Assembly: GCA_977017575.1 (NCBI GenBank)
Contig: CDRNVI010000048.1
Span: forward strand, 62,001 to 126,000
Direction: 5' to 3'
Source of the DNA: Paramoeba atlantica
Taxonomy: Eukaryota > Protista > Discosea
DNA length: 64,000 nt
Positions 21,368 to 31,902 of the stretch are shown here, piece by piece. The notes under the pieces are model-generated. The model saw only the letters and a list, made by a program, of their open reading frames with translations. It made no database searches and was not told where the DNA came from. A program made the position numbers and the translations under genes. Each line of letters opens with the position of its first letter. Within the stretch, counting starts at the first letter, position 1.

Positions 21368-22990
21368 TTACGTAATAGAAACAGTTTCAAAGCGTTGAAT
21401 TTTTACAGCATGCCTCTTCGAAGTCATTTTGTACTTTCTTTCCATTACCTCAGCGGCCTTAGATCTCAAAGTTTCTTTCGGCTCATCTTCACACGCTGGT
21501 TGACGATTACAGTCAATCTCTGGGGGAGGCCCTAAGAGAACGTATCGCCCCCTGTACCACATGTCTGGATCCTGCAAATCGACTTCTCTCTCATCAATAC
21601 ATCGAGGCACCGGATGATACCGTGATGCGCGTGTCTGCGCCTCATGAGCCGTTGAAAGAACTTTCGAGCCGCCCTGCTGTTCATCCTCAGATGCGGATTC
21701 CAGTTCCCTTTCATCAAACGTAAGTGCTCGAGCCCAGCGATCGCACAAGATCATTGCAATCTTGCGATTCTCAGTGCTCTCCGTTGAAAGCTCGGCGTAG
21801 TATTGGAGTATACTACCCAAATCACCGGATGCTAATAACTGCTCTTTTGTAAGTCCGGCCCATTCGTCTTCGACCACGTCCGAGCGCCGAGAAATTGAAG
21901 TATCTCGTCGAATTCGTTTCTTTTCCCCGACGCAGGGAATATCGGAAAGAAATCTGATAAGTTCAGCGCGAACCTCAAAAGGAGGAAGAGAACCATGAGC
22001 TATGGGACGAAGCCAGTTACCAACCTCTTGAAGAAATCCATGACGCAAAAGACAGGTCAAAGAAGATTGCTGTGACAAAATTGGTCGAAGTTGCGGCAGA
22101 AATTGAACTTTGTAGGATATTATGCTCGGACTGGGGGATGCTCCCCACTGATTGCTTACAGTTTGGAGTTCAGTAGTATTGTCCACCTCTCGAGCTCTCC
22201 TCATGCTGTCCACAAGCTCTATGCATTTGACCTCTCTCTCGGGTTGAGTCATCCTTCTTTTCCCACGCGAAATTTTAGTCACCGCGTCAAACCATTTTGG
22301 TGTTTGAAGGCGCAAATCAGGCTTTCCTGTATTGAAATGAGAATCTACTTCAGGTGTTGCTTTTTTCCTTGTTCGCTCTCCTTCGGCAAATATCGAAGCC
22401 TTGACTCGTACATTTCCATGTACTAATTTAGAATCTAGAGTATCGCTATTCTGTTCTTCATCTAGATTTTTATCAACTTCGTGGTCTCCACCGACTCTCA
22501 TGTTCGTCTGCTGAGATTCACTTTGTAACTTCTTTTTCTTATGTTTTCGTTGTCTCTTTTCGCGCTTTTTTCTTTTCCGCTTGTTCTCCCTTTTGTTTTC
22601 TTCATTTCTGTCACTGCGCTTTCGCCGCTTTTTGTCCTTCCCTTGTTTTCTATCCTTTTTCGACTTGTGACGTCTTTCATTAGGTTTGAACAGCTGTATA
22701 ATGTTTTCCTCCTCATTCGCAAGAGCGAAGCTTTCATTTTGACTTGCTTGTATTTCGGAAACGTTCGCATTTTCGAGGCTTTCAACAGATGTGAAGGCAA
22801 TAGAAGTTGAATGTGACTCAATATTCTCAAGTATGGTCGAGTTTTCAATGGGCAGAAAAGAGGATTTTATTCGTTCTTCCGAGTATTCATGTTCTGTTAC
22901 TTGACTAAAGCCTTCTTCTCCGACATTGGAGGTCGGCGTGCTGTTGAGCACAACTTTGATTCTTCTTATTCCCGTGACATTCTCATTCAT
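21368..22990 (-). CDS. IWS1: IWS1/Spn1-like elongation factor (TFIIS N-terminal domain)
   Basis: FLQEVGNWLRPIAHGSLPPFEVRAELIRFL; LGSILQYY; LCDRWAR; K/R-rich N-terminal half. Confidence 0.8.
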   Translation of the reverse strand: MNENVTGIRRIKVVLNSTPTSNVGEEGFSQVTEHEYSEERIKSSFLPIENSTILENIESHSTSIAFTSVESLENANVSEIQASQNESFALANEEENIIQLFKPNERRHKSKKDRKQGKDKKRRKRSDRNEENKRENKRKRKKREKRQRKHKKKKLQSESQQTNMRVGGDHEVDKNLDEEQNSDTLDSKLVHGNVRVKASIFAEGERTRKKATPEVDSHFNTGKPDLRLQTPKWFDAVTKISRGKRRMTQPEREVKCIELVDSMRRAREVDNTTELQTVSNQWGASPSPSIISYKVQFLPQLRPILSQQSSLTCLLRHGFLQEVGNWLRPIAHGSLPPFEVRAELIRFLSDIPCVGEKKRIRRDTSISRRSDVVEDEWAGLTKEQLLASGDLGSILQYYAELSTESTENRKIAMILCDRWARALTFDERELESASEDEQQGGSKVLSTAHEAQTRASRYHPVPRCIDEREVDLQDPDMWYRGRYVLLGPPPEIDCNRQPACEDEPKETLRSKAAEVMERKYKMTSKRHAVKIQRFETVSIT

Positions 22991-23320
22991 AAAGGAATAT
23001 CAAAGTTACAAATTTCAGTTGGCACAACCAGTGATTTCACTTTCTTGCAAAAATTGTAAAATAATTGATCTTTATCGTTAAAGTTTTGTTTATCGTTAAA
23101 GTTTTTTTTAAAATAATTAAAATTGTAAAATGCAAAAACTAGTGCTTTTATAGAGTTGAATGCAGACGCTTATCTCACTCGATCACATTTTTGGCAACAC
23201 GTTCATTGTAACACGTTTTTACAGAACCCCGTATCCAAGGAAAGACGCTAACAATAAAACATGATGTTGGTCTGAGATGCACGGAACTTCTTGACAGTGA
23301 ATCTTTTGAAGGATAAACAG

Positions 23321-24763
23321 TTAATCGGGATCTACCGGCATGTTTCTTTCGCGGCGAAGTTTCCACGTCGTAGCAACAGTAATCAATCCAACTAATGCAT
23401 AAAAAATGTATACTGTTAATAAATTCCAAGGAAAGGACACAGGACAAGCCCATACGTTTCTTTCCGTCGAAGCTGACCAAGCAAAAAGAGAACATGCGAT
23501 GGTGGGAAAAATGAATACCACAAGGCTTTGTAGCGAAATAGTCAAGGCTGACGCACGCGAGAGAAATGTTTTGTGAACAGAAAAGTTGGACAACACAAGC
23601 GTCGCGTTAAACATTATCTGACCCATTACTTGCCTTGCGATTCCCATGACAAGGGTGAGCACAGCAAGATCCGCATAGCGTGGCAGATAAACAACAAAAG
23701 GAACTATAGCGTAAAACGGAATGGATATTAAGGCTGCCCCGAGGACGCACTCTCGGTATCCAAACCGCTCATTGATAAGCGGTGACACGTACGATGCCAT
23801 AGTGGTGATTACCCCTTGTATCGCACCCATGAGCCCTACCCCGTCCGTGGACATTCCATACCCCCCATCAGAGGCGGGAAGCATCAGTAGAAGGGGAAAA
23901 ACATCTGCGCCGATACACCGCAACCCACTTGAGAGCGCAAACACAATGGTGACACGAGCAAATTGGTTGTCATTTGTTTTGAGGTAATACATAAAGCACG
24001 TCCATGATGAAGTGTCACTGGCGCTGGACGCCGTACTCAATAGGGTGGTATCCATTTCCCCCCTCTCAAGGGGAACTGTTTGCGTAACAATGTTTAATCT
24101 CAATTTGCGATACCGAAGTTCCACTAGAAATATGCCTAGAGCGCATAAATTCAGAAATGAGGTAATAAGATTAGGAAGGAGAAAAGGGAACGATTTGAGT
24201 CCCGGAAGAGCGTGACTAAGTGATGCATACTTTGTTGCGCCGTAGCTTAAAAGCCCCGCAAGGGCAGGAGAAAGCACACTGACTATTCCCCAAATACCAC
24301 CAATATAACTGAGGGGATAAACCGTGCGCTCAGGGGGTAAAATGTGAGCTAGACGAACTTTCGAGAGAAGAGTGGTGCCGTTACAAAAACCGTACAGAGT
24401 GGCAACAACTAACGCCCACCAGTAGTTAGAGCACAACCCAAACAAAAACGGAAACAAGATGCCGGTAGAGCAGGTCACAATCATGAGCGGCATAGTACCA
24501 TAGCCATCTACGGCGTAACCAAAAGGAATCCCGTTGAGAAATCGGCCTAAATAGAATGCCCCGTTCAATGCCCCTGCGTAGTATCCAACTTTCGCGTGGG
24601 ATAGTTCCGGGAAAAATTCTTTTACCATGTATCCCGAGTAGTGCACCAGCCCCGCGACGTACCAGTACCCAGCGAAACACAAGGCATAAACGGAGAGAAC
24701 CCCGAGTTTTTCAATTCGCTTTTCGGATTTGGTCTGCCGCACGTTCATCGAGTCCTGCTGCAA
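23321..24763 (-). CDS. MFS transporter (ZIFL-like)
   Basis: About 12 hydrophobic segments; VGYYAGALNGAFYLGRFL..FGYAVDGYG motif-A-like. Confidence 0.85.
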   Translation of the reverse strand: MQQDSMNVRQTKSEKRIEKLGVLSVYALCFAGYWYVAGLVHYSGYMVKEFFPELSHAKVGYYAGALNGAFYLGRFLNGIPFGYAVDGYGTMPLMIVTCSTGILFPFLFGLCSNYWWALVVATLYGFCNGTTLLSKVRLAHILPPERTVYPLSYIGGIWGIVSVLSPALAGLLSYGATKYASLSHALPGLKSFPFLLPNLITSFLNLCALGIFLVELRYRKLRLNIVTQTVPLERGEMDTTLLSTASSASDTSSWTCFMYYLKTNDNQFARVTIVFALSSGLRCIGADVFPLLLMLPASDGGYGMSTDGVGLMGAIQGVITTMASYVSPLINERFGYRECVLGAALISIPFYAIVPFVVYLPRYADLAVLTLVMGIARQVMGQIMFNATLVLSNFSVHKTFLSRASALTISLQSLVVFIFPTIACSLFAWSASTERNVWACPVSFPWNLLTVYIFYALVGLITVATTWKLRRERNMPVDPD

Positions 24764-25086
24764 AATATGTGAACTCTCATTTGTACACCGCCACTAGTGG
24801 TAGCAGATTTTTAAGAATGAAGAGATCATCTCTGTTCCTTACAAGTATTTTTCGTAAAAAATGAATTCGGATCTCACCACAGCCCTATGATAACACGCAC
24901 GTAGAATAAGGAAATAAAATAACAGTCCTGTTAAAAATGTTTGGTTGTTACCTACAGAATGGAAAATATTCATGTACTTGTCTATGCATTGATATTATTT
25001 TTATAGCTCGTTTGAACCGACTCACAAAGAGCTAACGATAAAACAGTACAGTTTGTTGTATGTAGCTAAGGGGTACAAATGACAAG

Positions 25087-27213
25087 TTACCCTATTTGCC
25101 ATTGTTGTACGGATGACACATTTTGCGAGTAGATTTTCGACACATTGTTTTCGTTGAGTGCCGTTCGGATCTCAATATCGACAAAGGTTGTTTTGGATGC
25201 AGTACGGTTCAACGCTAGGAAGAAAGTTTTGCGATCTTCTTCGGATTTAGTCGGTGGCGCAAAAAGAGACAGTTCAACAGCAAAAGATTTAACGTCGGTT
25301 GAGTAAATAATCATATCTGGAGCATTCTCATGGAAATAAGAGAGAGAAGGTGTTGACTCAGATACATTTAAATTCTCTAATGAAGCTCTTTCGTCGGTAT
25401 TAGTTTCGGATCGCCTGTTTTTCAAGAAACTGTTGGAAATCAAAGAAGTAACATCGAGGGGTACCTCAGAAAGGGAATCAGTGCCTTGATGCCAGACTGG
25501 ATATGGAAGACCACTTTCTAGGATCTCTTGCGCCACCCTATGCAACCTCGGCTGTAAAGTCTTGCCTGCACTACGTATATCAGAATCCGGAACAATTTGC
25601 TGCGCTGCAGAATGGAACAATGCGGTATCCTCCGTATGCGCGACACGTGCCCTGCTCCTACTTTTTTCGTGCGCTTCCGAATTCATAGACGGTTGAAAGG
25701 CATGAATTAAATCTTGTTCCATTACGATGTCCTGTGAAAATGCGCGTACACCGTCGATGTTACAGACTGCAACACGAAATGGGGCTGCGGCTTCTTTGAG
25801 TTTCGTATATTCACTCTCGTTGGCGTCGTTGTCACCAAAATGTAAGAGTGAGGGATTGCGCAACATTTGAATAGGTCTGTGAGGCGTGGGCATGTCCATT
25901 CCAAAATCAGGTACCTCTTCGAAGCATCGCTGAGGGAATACATAATCGGAGTTACTGTCCCCAAGAGAGGGAATTAAAAAGAATGTATGCCGATGAAAGA
26001 ACGGTTTGTTCGGTCTCTCTTCTTTGAAATGAAAGCCACGTGTACTGGCTACTTCACAAAACTTTTGGTCGAGTCGAGTCCATTCTCTGGATAGCTGTTC
26101 TATTCTTTCCAAGAAGTCGGAGAACATCTCGCTGTACGTTTCCTGGGTAGGAATTTCATAGCCATTCTTCTCACATGGAGTAAGCTGTTGGGAGATGTCA
26201 GGAGAACCAAAACGAGGAAGCACAAATGGCCCTAAAAACATGACCATGAATGGATATGAAGAGGAAAAAGTGTTAATTTTTTCATCTCGAAAGGATTGAG
26301 ATAACCTATTTGAGGCTTCTTCATAGTGATTCCGAATGAATTCGCTCAAAGAAGTCAGCATTTCCTTCCCACGATGAGTGAACGGGCCCTGACAAATAAT
26401 GATCCGCTGTGAAAGTGAATCTGACAAAGGAAAACCTACACTTGTGACGGCTCTCGAGTCACATGTTTCCTTTTTAATGTAACTTTCGGTAACGGTTGGA
26501 TGCGACTCTACATTTGATTTTATGTTAGAAAGTATTTCACAGCATAGTAAATTTGTCATCAACCGCTGAACCAGAATGGACGAGGCTCCATAGAAACTTC
26601 CAATCATGGAAATAATTTTTCCTGGCCAAAAGGAAAAGCACAGATCGTCCTTCTTAGATGTGTCAGTGACGTTTTCATAGCCCAGAAGTGACATACACTC
26701 TGAAAGAGCACAGTCTGTTTTCATTTGACTGAAATCTAAAGTAGCTATTGCATTCTTTAGCCGAGGAGAAGCAGATTCCTGCTTTGAATTTGGTACGAGT
26801 TCCACAGCCACGTCAAGTTCATGGAGATACTTTTTTGTAGGGCTCACCTCGCCCGAGGCAATAAAGCTCGACATATCTCGTTTCGACAAGTTTACCTTAC
26901 ACTGAACCACACGGGCAACAATAAAAGTAACTCCTGGTGGCAGCCTCGGCCCGAGCAACTGCCCGTATAAGGTTTCGTGCAGAAGGCTTTGAGCTTGACC
27001 GTAGGAACGGAGGGAGTCCATCTGTTGCTGTGGACCATCCCTTGTGAGTCTAAGGTCCTTTCGACTGCCAGTGAATGCAGGTGTGATATCCGTCCAACAG
27101 GCCTCAGCATGTAACGCCTTGAACGCAAGACTTGGGTCCACAACCCAATCATTCCGTTGAGTAGTATAGATTGCGACAGTCCGACTTGGTATCTGCCGAT
27201 GGATTCGTTCCAT
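25087..27213 (-). CDS. POLA2: DNA polymerase alpha subunit B
   Basis: FWPGKII, ICQGPFT, MFLGPFV, FLIPSLGD..YVFPQ, MLRNPS. Confidence 0.75.
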   Translation of the reverse strand: MERIHRQIPSRTVAIYTTQRNDWVVDPSLAFKALHAEACWTDITPAFTGSRKDLRLTRDGPQQQMDSLRSYGQAQSLLHETLYGQLLGPRLPPGVTFIVARVVQCKVNLSKRDMSSFIASGEVSPTKKYLHELDVAVELVPNSKQESASPRLKNAIATLDFSQMKTDCALSECMSLLGYENVTDTSKKDDLCFSFWPGKIISMIGSFYGASSILVQRLMTNLLCCEILSNIKSNVESHPTVTESYIKKETCDSRAVTSVGFPLSDSLSQRIIICQGPFTHRGKEMLTSLSEFIRNHYEEASNRLSQSFRDEKINTFSSSYPFMVMFLGPFVLPRFGSPDISQQLTPCEKNGYEIPTQETYSEMFSDFLERIEQLSREWTRLDQKFCEVASTRGFHFKEERPNKPFFHRHTFFLIPSLGDSNSDYVFPQRCFEEVPDFGMDMPTPHRPIQMLRNPSLLHFGDNDANESEYTKLKEAAAPFRVAVCNIDGVRAFSQDIVMEQDLIHAFQPSMNSEAHEKSRSRARVAHTEDTALFHSAAQQIVPDSDIRSAGKTLQPRLHRVAQEILESGLPYPVWHQGTDSLSEVPLDVTSLISNSFLKNRRSETNTDERASLENLNVSESTPSLSYFHENAPDMIIYSTDVKSFAVELSLFAPPTKSEEDRKTFFLALNRTASKTTFVDIEIRTALNENNVSKIYSQNVSSVQQWQIG

Positions 27214-27638
27214 AGGTAGGAATCTTTGTGTATCAAATAGAGAAAATGTGAAGATAGAAGTAATTTCAATGGCACCATGAAATATAATATACTAGGGCAT
27301 GTTGCACAAATTTTACTTACATTGTTTATGCGAATATTTTTTTCTTCACATTTTGCTTAAACAAGTCTCACACTCGGACGCAAGTCATCAATTACGTAAT
27401 ATGATAGGATTGAAAAAATGATTTGAAGTTTACTTCAAAAGATGAAATGTTCACATGCTACACAAAAGAAATGCTTGCGTCGTCCACGAAATCTTTTTTT
27501 CATCCATCTCATAAGAACCCAGGAATCAGGAGGAGCGACGGAATAAAATTTCACTCTACATTGTAATTGCTAGATACTTTACTGGTAAATACCAACTGAC
27601 AACCCTGTGCATAATTGAAGTCCTTTTAATTACGAATT

Positions 27639-30600
27639 TTACCAGTTCCCATTTCCTGGAGGGAAATGGTGCTGGCCTGGATAATATTCTGGAGGAAATG
27701 GATAAGGTGGGTACGGAGGATATTGAGCTGTTCTCAGTGCCGTAAGTGCGGGATGAATAAACCGTGACCGATACCCATCAAAAGGAATCATTTCTGGGCC
27801 GACGAATTCCGGGGGTGGGTGAAAGGGTGGCGGCATCTCATGATGAAAATAACTATCCTCGAGATCTTTCCTTTGCACCCGCTTTTGGTTTTGAGAGAGA
27901 GACCCATTTTCGGAGGTAGCTTTCGTTTTTCTGGAATCTCGTGCTGTTCTAGCTGTAGTGCTTGATTTCTCTCCGTGCAAAACTTCCGCAGACGTTCGAT
28001 TAAAACTTTTCCTGCGTAGGTCACGGCGAGCTCCTTTGTCATTCTTTGTACGCGGTGATGGTGATTCTAAAGGTTTAGCCTCCAATGAAGAGTCTCGAAT
28101 CTGTACCTGATCAGATTTTGTCACGTGCGATTCTAGAGTGGGATTAATGGTGGTCTTTTTCGGCATCGCAGCATAATCCTGAGTCAGTATTTCGTTTTCA
28201 GGTGTTTTAGTCTCACTAAGTTTGCTTTCACCATTCTTTTCGGTTGCTTTTTCTACTGGAATAGTACTTGGCAACGATTCTTTTTTCGTTGGGATGGTTC
28301 CTACTACCACTTCTTTTTCAAGTGGAAAGGTTCTTGATACCGCTTCCTTTTCTACTGGAATGTTTGGTATCGCTTCTGTTTCTACCGGGATGCTACACGT
28401 TACCGCTTCTGTTTCTACTGGGATGTTTCTACTGGTACTTGGTGCAGCTTCCTCTTCTATTTTCTTGATTTGACCGTCAACACGTTCTTTTTCGACTTCA
28501 TCAAACATTCTTTCGACTTCTTTCATTGTAAGAACAGCATTCTGGTTCCCCATGACAGAAACTATATTAAAGCGTTCGCCAGAACCAGCAACCTCTGAGT
28601 CTGCTTTCTTTGCGCGTTCTTCGCGCTTTAATAGCTTCCAGGCCTCCTCCAGGGCAAGCGGGCATCGTTGTACAAGTTCAGGGTACATTGCAGCATATAA
28701 GCGATACATTTCTTCACGGCGTTCGCCAAATTCACGAAAGAATTTCCCCTTTCTGTCCTCCGAACTGTGATCTTGTCTCGGTGGTCGGCGAGCCAATTCA
28801 TCTTCACTGCTGCTTAAGTCACTCAGCCTGCCCGAGCGGGACACAGGGGGTGGCAAATGTTCAGCACAATATTGAAGCTGCGCACGGCGAAGTTTTTGAC
28901 GATTATGCAGGTCTGCAATGGCAAGCGAAAGTCTAAGGGATGCTGTGCCAAGTAGACATTTATTGTTTAAGGATGGAGTGCGGATGACCGTGAACTGATG
29001 TTTTGGTAGGCGTATGGTTGAGTTGTCTAAATGTTTCTCAGATTCATCTGATGTGGTCGTCTGTTTATCTAAAGATGCGGCTTTGCTGTCTATTCTCTGA
29101 ACCACCTTTGCGTTTGATGCCGCCTTACCTCCTTTTCGATCTTGCTCTTCAAGTTTTACTAGTTTCACGGACTGGCATTCTCCTTTTTTTGCTTTATTCA
29201 AGGAAGAAACAGGACGCGATTGAGGTACTTCTTTTGTCGTACAATCTTTCACCTTTTGAGGCGTTTCCCGTACAGCCGATGATTCATGCGAGGTGTCTGA
29301 AGCCTTCCAGTATTCTGAACGAATTCGCAGAACCTTTCTCCTAGAAATCAGACATTGCTTGGCAGCTACTCTCCAAGAGAATGCTCTTAATTCCTCTGAT
29401 TCAGCGTGCGTAAAAATTTTGCAAGTATTTTCTTCCTTGTTCGTGCTCTCTTTTAAAGCCTGCTCATGGCCTTCTTCTTTCGTCGTTGTAGACTCTTTCT
29501 TTTTTGTAGACCCTTCCTTTGTTGTTGATTCTTCCTTTGTTGTTGATTCTTCCTTTGTTGTTGATTCTCCCTTTGTTGTTGATTCTCCCTTTGCTGTTGA
29601 TTCTCCCTTTGCTGTTGATTCTTTTATAGCTTGTTCTATCGATTTTGGAGTTAAGCTGCTAAGATCTTTAGTCGCGCTGTCGCGGAGCCGAATAGCTCGA
29701 CGCTTTCTAGCAACGGAATCCACCATGTAGAAGACTCCAGGGGGTCGACGTCCTGTGTGTGAAAGAACAATTTCTCCTATGGTTTCGGTGACACCCCCAT
29801 CGTTAAAACAGGAAGTCGCAATGATCATGAGACCATCTCCCCACCAGGTGTTGCCACCGCCAGCGTGTAAGGCGCGAATCGCGAGCCTACGGAATAAGTC
29901 CCTTGTGGCCGTCATGGGGTCAAGCATTGCGCTGTGTTTCGAAATTTGCTGACTTTCGCTGTCTTGAAACAATTTTTCTGCTCCCACTCCTTTCGGAATT
30001 TGGCTTTCCCGGAGCAGGTCGGCCCAGGAAAATGGTGTGGAGAGGGGGTGTTTGCTGTAAAAGCTCGGATGCTCTATAAAGTATGGGATGTGATCTTGCC
30101 ATGACTTTCTTTTGCGCAAGCACTCTTCCCTCTTTTGATCGATTTTTGAAACATGAGTTCTCGACGTCCGAAAACTCGAAGCTCTGGACTTTCGCATCCT
30201 TTCCCGTGAACGATTTCGGTCCTGGCTGTGACCTGTTTTTCGTGCATTACGGATAGGTGAATATCTTCGGGGACTGCATCGTCTGTCGTACGATCTGGAG
30301 CGTAATCGTCGCTCCCTATCATGTGAACGCCTCCTCGGTCTGTGAGAGCTGACTCTATCGGATCTGCGGTGACATGGACTGATTGATCTGAAGCGCTTTC
30401 GTGTACGCATTTCTTTTCCGTGTCTAGACCTTGAGCGACCGCGACGCTCCGATTTGTGGCGACGGTAAGACCGCTCACGATCTCTTGAGCGCTCTCTTCT
30501 CCGGTGTGGAGTCGGTGACGCCGACCTCTTACGATACTTGTTTCTGCGACTCAGACATTCCTTTTCCGTATTTTGCCGTAAGATGTTATGTGTTACTTTC

Positions 30601-31220
30601 GACGAACTTGACGTCGTTTTAGTGTGAAGACGATTCTCTGATTTATGCACTGAAGTTTTCTTCCCTGGAGAACAGGTCTTTTTTGTCTTCATATCGGACA
30701 TACCGTTCCGGTTTGAGAACGAAGAGGACTGCTTCCGCGTCTCCGAAGGGGTTGATATTGGCTGGATCTCCTTGACAGGCTCTGGTCCGTCTTTTTCTGA
30801 GACCTTTTGAGTACTACCATGTGCGGCGTCTATAGAAATTTCTTTAGCAGCTGACCCTGCAGACACCCCCCCTTTGCTTTGTGCAGAATTCGATGAATCA
30901 GAAGTAGAATCCCGCACAGTGTTTCTCTTCGCCTCGATCCTATCAGTTTCGGGGACTGAGACAGGCTCGGGTGAGAGAATTAAAGATGGAAGATCGCTCG
31001 AAGGTATTTTGCTTGAGGACTCCGCGTAGGAAGCGGAAAATTCAGACAAATGAGAGCGATTTTCAAAAAGTACAGCAATACTGTCCGAAAAATTCATGTC
31101 TAATGAAGTTGCAGCATTTTTTTTCTCGGTGAGTACGGAGAGTGGCATAGCCTTTAATAATGCACTAGCTATACTGTCTATGACACCTGAGGGGGGTGCG
31201 TTTTCCATGGGCGTTAGCAA
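27639..31220 (-). CDS. 1193-aa low-complexity protein with RS-rich domain and internal repeats
   Basis: RSRDRERS/RSRS tract, (K/E)ESTT repeats, IPVE repeats, Pro/Tyr-rich C-terminus. Confidence 0.8.
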   Translation of the reverse strand: MLTPMENAPPSGVIDSIASALLKAMPLSVLTEKKNAATSLDMNFSDSIAVLFENRSHLSEFSASYAESSSKIPSSDLPSLILSPEPVSVPETDRIEAKRNTVRDSTSDSSNSAQSKGGVSAGSAAKEISIDAAHGSTQKVSEKDGPEPVKEIQPISTPSETRKQSSSFSNRNGMSDMKTKKTCSPGKKTSVHKSENRLHTKTTSSSSKVTHNILRQNTEKECLSRRNKYRKRSASPTPHRRRERSRDRERSYRRHKSERRGRSRSRHGKEMRTRKRFRSISPCHRRSDRVSSHRPRRRSHDRERRLRSRSYDRRCSPRRYSPIRNARKTGHSQDRNRSRERMRKSRASSFRTSRTHVSKIDQKREECLRKRKSWQDHIPYFIEHPSFYSKHPLSTPFSWADLLRESQIPKGVGAEKLFQDSESQQISKHSAMLDPMTATRDLFRRLAIRALHAGGGNTWWGDGLMIIATSCFNDGGVTETIGEIVLSHTGRRPPGVFYMVDSVARKRRAIRLRDSATKDLSSLTPKSIEQAIKESTAKGESTAKGESTTKGESTTKEESTTKEESTTKEGSTKKKESTTTKEEGHEQALKESTNKEENTCKIFTHAESEELRAFSWRVAAKQCLISRRKVLRIRSEYWKASDTSHESSAVRETPQKVKDCTTKEVPQSRPVSSLNKAKKGECQSVKLVKLEEQDRKGGKAASNAKVVQRIDSKAASLDKQTTTSDESEKHLDNSTIRLPKHQFTVIRTPSLNNKCLLGTASLRLSLAIADLHNRQKLRRAQLQYCAEHLPPPVSRSGRLSDLSSSEDELARRPPRQDHSSEDRKGKFFREFGERREEMYRLYAAMYPELVQRCPLALEEAWKLLKREERAKKADSEVAGSGERFNIVSVMGNQNAVLTMKEVERMFDEVEKERVDGQIKKIEEEAAPSTSRNIPVETEAVTCSIPVETEAIPNIPVEKEAVSRTFPLEKEVVVGTIPTKKESLPSTIPVEKATEKNGESKLSETKTPENEILTQDYAAMPKKTTINPTLESHVTKSDQVQIRDSSLEAKPLESPSPRTKNDKGARRDLRRKSFNRTSAEVLHGEKSSTTARTARDSRKTKATSENGSLSQNQKRVQRKDLEDSYFHHEMPPPFHPPPEFVGPEMIPFDGYRSRFIHPALTALRTAQYPPYPPYPFPPEYYPGQHHFPPGNGNW
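29513..29621. repeat. Coding 18-bp tandem repeat x6 (ESTTKE/G)
   Basis: CT(T/C)CCTTTG(T/C)TGTTGATT units. Confidence 0.9.
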
Positions 31221-31902
31221 ATATGAAAAATGTACTCAATCCTATTAAAATATATTTCAAAACTAATCGCGTGCGCAAGCAACCCTATTCACCACCCTGT
31301 GCCTAATGTAGTTTTCTTATGGTGTATGGTTCTTCGCGTGTCGATGCTATCAATAAACACTGTACAGTAACTATCGATTTGATGGTTCTCGTAGTCGTAA
31401 CATTGGTGTCATTTCAAAATGAAGATAAATCTGTTCGCCCTGCCAGAAAATTGACATTTCAGCTAAACTTTTGAGCTAAGAAAGACAAGTTAAACGTTTT
31501 ATCTAAATTTCGGCTAAAGTGTTGAGCTAAAAAATAGCTTTGATGGATAAAGGAAGGCAAAAAAGATTCCTGAGGGAGCGTCGATTGCTCCAACCCTTGC
31601 TAGGCCCAAATATCTCTGTAGATCTTGCCCTGTATGAAAAAACAAGGATACAGATAATTAAAACCGTAGTCTATGGTTAGTCATTTGTCTGGCACACGTT
31701 GTCCAGCAGGAAGCTTAAGCAAAACAAGTTGGACACCATGAGCATTCACGCAGGGCATGCGGAAATGGGCGCAGGGCAGTGGACTCATGGAACACAGGAA
31801 AAATCCGTAAATACAGTCCATGTGTAAAATGCGGATGAAATGAATAAGGCCGAAACTGTAAAAATTTGGTACGTTTAGTGTACAAGTGTAATTTGTAGTA
31901 GT

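Noticed and set aside
29513-29621. CRISPR-like array
   Set aside because: Contiguous in-frame coding repeats with no spacers in a eukaryotic gene
31458-31532. Spaced direct repeat TTTC(A/G)GCTAAA..TTGAGCTAA as a regulatory element
   Set aside because: Two imperfect copies only, with no supporting context
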